A DNA stretch of 64,000 nt from Raillietiella orientalis (taxonomy: Eukaryota), in assembly GCA_036172245.1 (NCBI GenBank), contig JAYWIR010000049.1, forward strand, positions 62,001 to 126,000. Reading direction: 5' to 3'. The notes beneath the pieces were generated by a model, which saw nothing but the letters and a program-made list of their open reading frames with translations, made no database searches and was not told where the DNA came from. Position numbers and translations under genes: made by a program. Every line of letters begins with the position of its first letter. The stretch's first letter is position 1. Positions 47,388-57,438 of the stretch are shown piece after piece.

Positions 47388-49291
47388 AACTTTGAGTTGG
47401 TACTGGGAGCGTACAGGGGAACTCTGGCGCACCTGCCACATGAATGCGCCGGAACGCCTGCGGTTTCAGCATATGCGGACGACCTCCTGCTACTACTCCC
47501 TATCTCCACCCCGGCTTCGGCGGTCGAGAAGTTCTGCGACCTGCTGAATGGAGGAACCGGGCTTACGGTGAACAGGGCGAAGTCGTCCGTGATGCCAGTT
47601 GGTGTGGCGTGGGCAGGGCAGCAGGACTGGGTCCGTTAGGAAATCCCCACGGTGAGGTAATTCAAGTACCATGGTGTGCCGTTGGGGGACTACTCCCCTG
47701 CGGAAGCGTGGTCCGGCTGCCTCCAAAAAGTAGAGACGGCTATCGGCCCGTTCCGAGGCGGCAGCTTTTTCCTGCCTGAACGGGCCGCGGTTTGGAACAT
47801 GTTCGCGGCTTCTCTCCTCCGTTCCCTACCTTTTGTTTGCCCCCCCACAGAGAGGATCAAAAAGCGGACGAAGGACCTCCTCCGTATCGTTCTTTGGGGC
47901 AACGGGAGGGTCCGAGTCCGCTTGAAGGACTTGTGCGCTCCGCGTCGGGACTGTGGTCTCGGCCTCCTGACATTGGAGCGGCTGGAGCTGCAGCTCCAGT
48001 TCCGGATTTTGGCACTTGTCCCGGAGTTGTGGTGCACCTGTTGGTGCGTCCCTGCACGTCTCCTCCTTCAGCAAGCCACCGGCAAGACGGGACTTACGTC
48101 GTTTCTTGCACTCCATCAAAGCCGCATCAACCGATGTGGGCTTCAGCTACGGAGGGTGGCTGCGCTGACAAGGAAAAATCAAGGATGGATCACCTGTCTC
48201 CCCGCGAACGGTAGTGCCTGGTTGCAGGAAACCGTTCGCACGTAAGGACAGTTCGGCATGCAACCCTCCCATCAGGAACGAAGGTACCTGTTTGGGTGTT
48301 ACAGAAGTTGCACGCTCCGTGAGATCCTGGAGGATCCTAAGAAGAGAGCGTGGTCAGGAAGAACCCCCCTCGCTGCTGCGCTGGACTCCCTAGTGGAACA
48401 TCAGGACAGCGATGCTGCGGCGAAGTGGGAGGTTACAATAAAAATCTCCGGGAAGGAGAAGAAGCAGAGAAAGTGTAAGACGGGCCAGCTAACGGATGCT
48501 GCGACCCCGAGTACGCCTCCTAATGGACTTCTGCGCTGGGGAGCGCTGCTGGATGTTCCCATTGAACATCTGAAGTGGCCACCGATTCTTATGAACACTT
48601 TCATCCTCCCCCTAAAATGGCAAGAGTCGGCATTCCTGTTGCAGCACTGGGGACTCCCCTGCAACGCCCGTCGACACCACTGGACCTGGGGAGCGGTGGA
48701 TCCCAATTGTGTAAGGTGCGGGGAACGGGAGTCCCTCCCCCACCTCCTAGTGGATTGTGTTGCCCTTCGGCCCTTTTGGTTCCGCTTTGCCGCGGCCATC
48801 GGTATCCCTTGCAGCAACACCAGGGACGCACTAAAAGCCTTCTTCGTTGCCGACGCCCTGCGGCCAGCGTCCTCGATAGCAGCTTTGTGCTGCCTTCGTG
48901 GGATCGTCGCCGCCTGGAGCACGGCGACGGGAGGACCTAGCGATCAGGAAGCCATCCAGTGCGCCTCCGAATTCCTGAGGAGGGCGTCGCGATGGCCCCA
49001 CCTGGATGTTCAGAACAAACAAGAGCTTGTCAGCATCCTGAGAGGGATGATGCGGCCCCAGCAGCAACAGTGATCCCTTCACTTTTCCTCCCACCCTTTG
49101 TTTTTTTTTTTTGTCTAGTTTTTTTCTTTTTTCCCTTTCCCCTGCTGCCTTGGTGGACCGTAGCGGTGTAGAAACCGGTGAATTGGCAGGCGCCGTGGTT
49201 CTTAGCTTCTTGCTGGAGCATTACCACAGCCATTAATAATTTGTTTACAAAGTTTATTTTTTTAATAAACGACACGGAGAAATCCGGGTAA
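47388..49291 (+). mobile_element. A-subfamily element A5, 3' part
   Basis: YADD; CVRCGERESLPHLLVDC (ORF 48258-49073); divergent 3' UTR; terminus at 49264-49291. Confidence 0.85.
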
Positions 49292-50134
49292 AAATCGAAT
49301 GCCTTATGGAGGTCGACTGCGATTGCTAAGGCCCCCTTTCCCGCATGAGGGTCCCTACCCTGTGCCACTGGCGGCCCCAAAGTAGGGTTGCAAATTTTCC
49401 CTTTCCCTTCTTTCTTACTCCGCTGCGCGTGTATCCATGTGCTCGCGAAGAAGAGGTTGTCCTCCATGCTTCGCCCGGGAACAGCGTAAATCTGCTCCGG
49501 GCTAATTATGGAATTGGACACCTGCCCCAATCGCGACGCATACAGCCCGGCAATCAACTTGGCGTCCGTGTTTACAATCGTGATCGGACATCAATTGCAA
49601 AATTTCCTGAGGTCTCCTCTCCTCGGGAGGAGCCTCACTCTGGCTGACCGAAACGAGGCGGGAACATCGCCTTCGTCTCGGATTCACCTTGTCAACTCGA
49701 GCACCAGGGGGGCCAGCTCTTCCGCGAAACTCTGAAAGAACTCCACGGGCAAGCCGTCCTCCCCTGGCGCCTTACGCCTCTTGAGCCTTTTGATACCGGC
49801 GAGAATTTCGCCGGTAGTGGAAGGCTCATCGAGGCTTTCTCTCTCCTCCTCCCCTATCGCCACGGAACCACTCATGAGCAATCGCCGCGAAGCGTCTTGT
49901 TCGGGTGGTGTTTTGGCGTAAAGGGAGAAATGAAAACACCGCACGAGATTCCGTACCGCAGACGGGGACGAACGTTCCCGGCCCAGGTCATCCAGCATGC
50001 TGGCTGACCCGGATTGTCAGGCTTGTCGCTCGGCTCCGGCGCGGTATTCTGCCAGGCGACGGACACTGGAGTTCCTCTCGTGACGACGCGCGTGCAAATA
50101 CGCGCGTTGGTTGCGAGCCTCTTCGCCGAATCCC
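49292..50134 (-). pseudogene. B-like ORF2 fragment (B6), between the GFG and KAFD sites
   Basis: GFGEEARNQRAYL..KAPGEDGLP..DAKLIA..AVDLHKAFD. Confidence 0.85.
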
Positions 50135-52793
50135 TTGGCAAGTGGACGTGTGTTTCCTTCGCTCCCGAGTGAGTCGACAGGAAGCGGTTTTTTTCTTGTG
50201 TTGTTTGGTGTGGAACATCGTTGATGTCCGATGGCAGCGATGCCTGAGGACACCACGATAGAGGTAGGTGTGAGGGAGGCTTGCCCACCCCCACAGCCTA
50301 CAGAATCAGGGGCGTACGCCCCGGAATCGCCCTTGTTGCCCAAAGCGAGGAGCTGGAGCGCCATGGTGGCCCCGCCGAGCGCGGAAACCATGGCCGAGAT
50401 GGCGGCCTACCGGGCAGCTGGGTACAAGCCCAGCTTGGTTTACCAGGTAGGCAATCTCTTTGACGGGCGAACTGCACGCGCTTTTTCGAAAGCGCTGCCG
50501 AACGCAACCGTGTTGGAAAAGGACCTTGACGGTCTATCCGTGCTCAGAGGGGGTCAGCACGTAGAGGTTGTCTGCAAGGACATCACCTTGGCGCAAAGCT
50601 TGATGACCACCCCGCTGAACGTGGACGGACGCAAGATCCTACCAGTCACGATGGACCGCTCCGTAGTGGTCCATCTGACAGGGATCACCAGCCGCATGAC
50701 GCGGTCTGCGGTTGGTGATCAGTTAAGAAAGTATATAGGTGTTCACGCGCTATGGCCAAAGGCCACAATCTTCGATGGCTACGATAGCCTTTTTGGAGGG
50801 CAGGCCGCCGCGCGCGTGACGGTGAAGGAGAGTGGGCTTCCCCACAAACTAGAGATAAATGGCGAAGTCGTAGACCTCTGGCACGTGGGGAAACCCCGCT
50901 TTTGTGGCTACTGCAATGTAGTAGGACACTTGCGCAAGCGGTCCCCGAACATTGTGTGCCACTTATGGAGAGAGAAGGGCTACGTACGCCGCGTATGCCC
51001 TAAACGCCCCACTCCGGTGCCGCCTGCTGCAAACAAAGCACAGGCAAAACGCGGTAAACTGGTCGAAAGACCAAAAAGAGATACTGGTCGGCAGCAGCCG
51101 CTAGCCCCTGTTCCTCACACACAGGCGTCGGAAGAAAAACCCTCCGAAGACGCGGGAGTCCAAGACGGCTGGCTGCTGGTCAAGGCCAGGAAGGAAAAAA
51201 AGGTGCCCCCCGCGGAACCGGCGAAAGCGGAAAAAAAGGCAGCAGCCAAGGCGAAAAAACCTGGGCCGCGCTCTAAGACCATGCGGGAGTGTGCGGTAGC
51301 ACTGGAGCGCATAGCCGTTCCCGAGATTGCCACCCGGGGCGACGAGCCTTCCCTCGCCGTTTCTGCCGCGCCCGAGGTTCGCGACGGCGAACCCTCTGTT
51401 TACAAAGAGGGTGAGCCGCGTGAAATAGCGCCGGTCGAAGCCGAGGACGCCGCGTTCGCTCAGGCGGCGGAGGAGCTCGCGGCCACGCTGGGTGAGCGTG
51501 TGAACCCCTCACCCAAGGCCGGGCGAAGGCCGGATCCCGCGAAAAAGGCCCCCACAGGTGAGTCGGACCTGTGGGCCGGAAGTGCATCCTCCTCCTCGGA
51601 GGCACCCCCCAGGAAGTCGGGACGCAAGTCCCAGAAACCCAGGAAGCGCCTCCCTCCACCAGCGAGGAGGAGACGCAGGAAGGTAGCCGTAGCGTGCAAA
51701 TCCCGGAGGGGGAACTCCCACGCTCGGAAGCCGTCGAGCCGGCCACCCCCATGGAGGAGGGTGAGCAGGGGGGCGAGGTCCTCCCTGCAGTCGCCGAGCC
51801 TGAACAGCCCGCCCCCATGGAGGAGGGCCAACAGGTAGGCGCGACCCCACCTGAGGGAGACCCGCTCTACGCGCCGTTACCCATGGAGGAGGGGGACCAG
51901 CTGCACGCGGCGCCTGACCCTCCTCCTCGATTTAGCGTCCCGCCCTAACAGGTGGCGGACGCCGCATCGCCATCTTCCCAGGAGTAACACCTGGGCTCGC
52001 CAGTCGCCGTCGGATTCGCGCCGCCTGTTGGAACGTCAACGGGCTGCGCGACGACGGTAACAGGCGAGATACGGCCGAGACCCTGCGTGAGCTCGACCTG
52101 GCCCTGCTGCAGGAGATCCACGTGATCACCGCGGCAGACGCCCAGGAGATCGAGACGATCGCGGGGGGCCGGTTGTATTGGCGGTGCGGCCTCCGCAACA
52201 CCTGCGGGGTCGCGTTCTTCGTGAAGCCGGCCATTGACGCTGCCGTGAAGGGCGTGCGCTTCGATGACGACGTTCGGGTCGGTCAGCTGATTCTCAGCTG
52301 TTCCGACTCGATCGAACTGATCTTCACGAATGTGTACGCTCCAAGCGGTGAACAGGGATACAGCGACCGTATTAGGCTGCTGGAATCCCTGAAGCGCGAC
52401 TGGCTGGCTGACACGAACGTGCGAAAGGCTCACCTGATAGCGGGAGATTTCAATCTCCGTCTGCTAACAGGTGAGCCAGAAACACAAGGGAACGCGATGA
52501 ACGAGTTGTGCGCCGCCATGCGTGCGCGCAACTTGTTCGCAGGTGAGAGGGGAATGGTCCGCAGCATCGACCACGTCTTCCTCGACGCTGACCTGTGTTC
52601 ACGGGTCGGCAAACGGGGAAGGGTTGCGTCGACGTTGTCGGACCATTCCCGGTTAATTTTCGAGATGCGGTCTCGCGACAAAGGACCGCCCTCCAGGGAT
52701 TGGCGTCTTCCGGGGGACTGGACGCGACTTTTAGGTGCGAAGGAACACCTTCGGGAATAGCTGAGAGGCGTCACGCTCCGGAATCTCCATTGA
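50135..52793 (+). mobile_element. Lineage-B element B7, 5' part (ORF1 plus EN), cut at GVTLRNL
   Basis: GGACGTG at 50144; ORF 50231-51838; EN ORF 52122-52760 with NVYAP, GDFN and SDH. Confidence 0.88.
50231..51948 (+). pseudogene. B7 ORF1 (one late frameshift, degenerate knuckles)
   Basis: 535-aa ORF plus overlapping ORF 51571-51948; CGYCNVVGHLRKRS. Confidence 0.8.
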
Positions 52794-55134
52794 TACCCGG
52801 GTGCGCCGGGACGTTTATTCTCACGAATAAACCTATACAATCTGTGACTGGACCAGTAGTCCAGCCACGCCCTGGAAAGATATAGCCTGCCGGGCTACCG
52901 GTGCGCAGACCGGCGCGGTCGACCTCGGCAGCAGAGGGGAGGGGGAACGAAACAAAAAGAAAACAAAAAATAAACAAAAATCAGGGAGGGAGCGGGAAGG
53001 GATCACAGTCTGCTGGGAGGGTCCGTCATCCTCTGGAGGATGCCGGCAAGCTGTTTCTGCTTGTGTGGTTCCAGATAGGGCCATCGCGTCGCCATCCTGA
53101 GGAAACGGGCGGCATACACGTTGGCATCCCTGTCGCTGGATCCTCCCGTCGCTTTGCTCCATGCCACGACGATCCCGCGTAGGCAGCACAGGGCTGCAAG
53201 CGAGGCCGCTGGAGGCAGGGCGTCACGGACGAAAAGGGGGCGCAATGCGTCTCTGGGATTGCTTCCGAAGATCCCCAGGGCTGCGGCAAAGCGTTCCCAC
53301 AAGGGACGGAGGGCAACACAATCCACTAACAGGAGGGGGAGGTATTCCCTCTCCCCGCACCTGACACAATTAGGGTTGACACCCCTCCGCGTCCAGTGGT
53401 GTCGGCGGGCGTTGCAAGGAAGCCCCCAATGCAACACCATCAGAGCCGACTTTTGCCACTTCATGGGGAGGGTGCGTGAGTCCATGAGCACCGGGGGCCA
53501 CTCGAGATGTTCCTCTGGAACATCCAGTAGCTCTCCCCAGCGCAACAGTCCATTTGGGGTGGTCCTCGTGGTCGCATCGTTGGTGAGCTGACCCGTTCTC
53601 CAATCTCCGATGTTCTTTGCCCTGCTGGCGATCTTGACAGTAACCTCCCATTATGCCGCGAGGTCGCTGCCCAGATGTTCCTGTAGGGTAGGCAGTACCG
53701 CAGCTAGGGAGGTACTTCGTGCCCACGCTCTCCTTCGGGGATTCTCGATGATTTCTCGGAGCGTGCGGCGGGCATGCGGCCCGAACAGAGCTATTCGCTC
53801 GTGTTGCCGGCTCTGCTCCTGAATCATCGCCCATGTGCGGAGGTTTCCTGCAACCAGGCAGGGCCGTTCGCGGGGCGTACGAGGATCCGCACCGAGTTGT
53901 TCTTCACGAGCTTGGCCGCCCTCCGAAGTTGAAGTCCGCAGTGGCAGATGGGGCTTCGGAGTGCAAAGTAGGACGAGAATCCCGCATTGCCGGTGGCCCG
54001 CTCGACCAGGAGACGTGCAGGGAGGCACCAAGGGGTGCACCAATTTTCTGCCATAAAGGTAACAACTCGGAACTGGAGCTGTAGCTCCAGCCGCTCCAAC
54101 GTCAGGAGGCCCAGACCACCATCCCGACGAGGAGCGCACAAGTCCGAAAGACGGACTCGGGGCCTCCCTCTGCCCCAAAGGGCGATCCTCAGGAGGTCCT
54201 TCGTCCTCTTCTTTGACTCCGCTGAGGGGGGCCAAACAAAAAGCAAGGGGCGAAGGAGGATGGCCGCAAACGCGTTCCACGCCGCGGCCCGTTCATGCAG
54301 GAAGAACCTGCCGTCCTGGAACGGGCCGATCGCCGCCTGAGCCTTCTGAAGGCAGCCGCACCACGCTTCCGCAGGGGAGTAATCCCCCAACGGCACACCA
54401 AGGTACTTGAAGTTCCTCACCGTGGGGATCCCCAAACGGACCCAGTCCTGCTGCCCTGCCCACTCCGCTCCGACTGGCATTACGGACGACTTCGCCCTGT
54501 TCACCGTCAGTCCTGTTCCACGACTCAGCAGGTCGAAGAAGTCCTCGACCGCCGAGGCCGGGGTGGACATAGGCAGCAGCAGCAGAAGATCGTCCGCGTA
54601 CGCCGAAACCGCAGGCGTACCGGGGCAATGGCACGGCAGGTGCGCCCGAGTCTCCCTGTACGCTCTCAGCACCAATTCGAAAAAGGCGCTAAAGAGCAGG
54701 GGTCTCAGGCTGTCTCCCTGCCGTATGCCGCGTCGCACCGGTACTCCGTGCACGGTTTGCCCGCTGAAAAGAACATTAATGAGCGCGTCGCGCCAGCTGG
54801 AGCGCAGGTGAGCCAACAAAGAGGCCGGAAAGCTCAAGCGTTCCAGAAGCTCCAGCAGGAGATTCTGGTCGACGCTGTCGAATCCTTTACGCAAGTCGAC
54901 AGCGACCGCAAGGGCTTCTTTCCCCACCCGACCGTTCCGTCTCCCGCCAACGGACGCACCCGAATTCCGGCTGCTCAATAAGCCCCTTCCTTGTTGGAGC
55001 TCTAACCATGTGGAAGCGTGGAACAGGTTTGCCTCCATGCTCCGCCCGGGAAAAGCATAAGTCTGTTCCGGGCTGATGAAGATGTTGGCAACCCGTCCCA
55101 AACGCTCTTCCCACATCTTGGCTAGCAACTTGGC
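52794..55134 (-). mobile_element. Lineage-J (A-related) element, 3' part, cut at AKL
   Basis: ORF 53824-55290 has DLRKGFD, QGDSL, YADD and KYLG; stop 53003; terminus at 52794-52819. Confidence 0.87.
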
Positions 55135-55224
55135 GTGCGGACGTGTTTTTGTAGCGCTCCTCCGCGCCTGGTGTAAAGCGTTTGGTTTCTTTTGTGTTTG
55201 TCTGTGGAGCATCTGCGGTGTCCA

Positions 55225-57246
55225 ATGGCAGAAATGCCTGAGGACACCGCGATGGATATAGGAGGGGGAGAGGCTTGCTCCTCTCCCCAACCCACGGAGG
55301 TGGGGGCAACCGCCCCCACGGAGGCGACGGCCGCCGCACCCCTGAAAAAGGGGGCAATTGCCGCCTCGGAAGCGAGGGCAAAGACCCCCTTGAAAAAGGG
55401 AACAAAAGCCCCGCTGGAACAGGGTGCAACCGCCCCCTTGAAAAAGGGGACAACCGCAACCCTGGAAAAAAGCACAACCGCCTCCTTGAAAAAGGGGGCA
55501 CCTGCACCCTTGAATGCGTCTTCGGCATCGCCGAAGGCCTGGAGTTCAGTGGCTGCAGCCCCATCTCCTGCAGCCCTCGCCGAGCAGAAAGCCTACCTGG
55601 AGCAGGGATACAAGCTGTCCTTGATATACAAGGTAGGCAATCTGTTTGTCGGGAACACCGCTCGTAACTTTGAAAGGGAGTTACAGCGGTTGGATGTTAA
55701 AGAGGAAGACCTGGAAGGTCTCTCCGTGATGAGTGGGGGCCAGCGGGTGGAGCTGATGTGCAAAAATGCAAGTCTGGCTCAACGCCTGCTGAACACTCAT
55801 ATCACTCTGGAAGGCCGAAAGGTCTTCCCTGTAACGGAGGACCGCTCCATTGTTGCCCACCTTACGGGTGTATCTCTTCGCATGACCAAAGCTGGCGTGC
55901 AGGAAGAGTTACAAAAACATGGTACGGTGCACGCGCTCTGGACCAAGCCCAACGTCTTCCAAACATACGGAAGACTGTTCAGTGGCATGGCTGCAGCGCG
56001 TGTGACGGTCCACGAAAACGGTGGGCTGCCCCACAAACTCGACGTCGGCAACGAGGTCGTCGATGTCTGGTACGTGGGCAAGCCCAAGTACTGTGGGCAC
56101 TGTGATGCAACAGGGCACCTGAAAAAACGGTGCCCCCACATCCAGTGCTTCCACTGCGGCGAAAAGGGCCACCTGCGAAAGGTGTGTCCTAAACGCGAAA
56201 CCCCGGCTCCCCCTGCTTTGAAAAAAGCCAAAGGGAAACGCGCGGGGCGATCGGACAAGCCTAAGGAGGCACCCGAGAGGCGGAACCCACAGCCAGAGCC
56301 CGAACCCGTGCAGCAAGCGCCGGTCGAGGGTACTCCCGACGACGCTGGAGAGAGCGAGGGCTGGCATATGGCTAAGCCTAAAAGTAAAAAATTCAAGAAA
56401 TCCGAAGAACCGACAGCGGAACCCGCGACATCTTCCTTAAATAGGAGACAACGCCGCGCGTTGCTCCGCGAATGTTCGGTCGCTTTGGAGCGAGTGGAGA
56501 TCCCCGAGACCTCCACCGGGGGAGATATCTCCCGCCTCGTTGACGCCGAAGCCGCGATCGAAAAAGGCGAACCCTCGGTGCAAACAGAGGGGGAGCCGAG
56601 CGACGCGCTCGCCGCAATCGAGGACGCCGCCTTCCAGCAGGCGGCGGAAGAGCTCGCGGCCGAACTCGCGGAGCGTGAGAACGGCGCGCGAAAGGCCTTG
56701 CGATGGCCGGCCGCGAGCAAGGCACCTCGGACAGGTGACCACGAACCGGATGCCGGAAGTGCGTCCTCCTCCGCGGAGGCGCCTCCGAAGAAGACTGGAC
56801 GGAAGTCCAAGAATCCCAAGAGGCGCATCCCGACAAAGAAGGAGGGGGACGCACCGGCATCCGAGGGGGAAGCCGGCAGCGTGGGAACGGAGGGAGGGAT
56901 TTTCCCACCCTCCGCTACCGAGCAACTGGAGACCCCCATGGAGGAGAGGGATAAGGTGAGTGATTGCCGCCCCCTCCCATCGGTGGAACCTGTCCAGGAG
57001 ATAGCCATGGAGGAGGAGGAGCAGACAGCTGACAATCGCTCCCCCCTGCCGTCCAACGCAGCCGACGAATCGGCCCCCATGGAAGAGGGGGTGCAGGTGC
57101 GTGAAACCCGCCCCCTTCAACCGTTGCGGTCCGCCGAGGAATCGGCCCCCATGGAGGAGGGAGAACCGGTGCGCGGTGATCCCGTTCCTCCATCCGTCCC
57201 GCCCGACCAGGTGGCGGGAACCCCATTGCCACTTTCCCAGGAGTAA
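55225..57246 (+). CDS. Intact ORF1 protein (gag-like; two CCHC knuckles; probable RRM-like region; acidic low-complexity tail)
   Basis: Open frame from ATG 55225; CGHCDATGHLKKRC and CFHCGEKGHLRKVC. Confidence 0.88.
   Translation: MAEMPEDTAMDIGGGEACSSPQPTEVGATAPTEATAAAPLKKGAIAASEARAKTPLKKGTKAPLEQGATAPLKKGTTATLEKSTTASLKKGAPAPLNASSASPKAWSSVAAAPSPAALAEQKAYLEQGYKLSLIYKVGNLFVGNTARNFERELQRLDVKEEDLEGLSVMSGGQRVELMCKNASLAQRLLNTHITLEGRKVFPVTEDRSIVAHLTGVSLRMTKAGVQEELQKHGTVHALWTKPNVFQTYGRLFSGMAAARVTVHENGGLPHKLDVGNEVVDVWYVGKPKYCGHCDATGHLKKRCPHIQCFHCGEKGHLRKVCPKRETPAPPALKKAKGKRAGRSDKPKEAPERRNPQPEPEPVQQAPVEGTPDDAGESEGWHMAKPKSKKFKKSEEPTAEPATSSLNRRQRRALLRECSVALERVEIPETSTGGDISRLVDAEAAIEKGEPSVQTEGEPSDALAAIEDAAFQQAAEELAAELAERENGARKALRWPAASKAPRTGDHEPDAGSASSSAEAPPKKTGRKSKNPKRRIPTKKEGDAPASEGEAGSVGTEGGIFPPSATEQLETPMEERDKVSDCRPLPSVEPVQEIAMEEEEQTADNRSPLPSNAADESAPMEEGVQVRETRPLQPLRSAEESAPMEEGEPVRGDPVPPSVPPDQVAGTPLPLSQE
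55335..55512 (+). repeat. 33-nt (11-aa) tandem repeat in the lineage-C ORF1 N-terminus (APLKKG-like); also at 1-165 (-)
   Basis: APLKKGAIAAS..KTPLKKGTKAPLEQGATAPLKKGTTATLEKSTTASLKKG. Confidence 0.8.
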
Positions 57247-57438
57247 CACCTGGGCTCGCCTGTCGCCGTCGATTACGCGTGACCTGCTGGAACGTGAACG
57301 GGCTGCGCGACGACGGCAACAGACGGGACACGGCCGCCACCCTGCGTGACTTCGACCTGGCACTCCTGCAGGAGATCCACGTGATCACCGCGGAGAACGC
57401 CCAGGAGATCGAAAGGATCGCAGGGGGACGGTTGATTG

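Larger units (their letters stand above)
55135..57438 (+). mobile_element. Lineage-C element C2, 5' part (intact ORF1 plus EN start), cut at GGRL
   Basis: GTGCGGACGTG at 55135-55145; WNVNG..LLQEIH..ERIAGGRL. Confidence 0.88.

Noticed and set aside
53824..55290. Junction-spanning ORFs (also 46674-47441 and 49030-49557) as novel fusion genes
   Set aside because: They are chance readthrough from an inserted element's antisense end into host RT, with no support for expression.
55797..57080. Long antisense ORFs (this 427-aa ORF; also 39429-40451 and 8685-9599) as genes
   Set aside because: They are shadow frames of GC-rich ORF1/ORF2 with no motifs, and they are not conserved as ORFs between copies.
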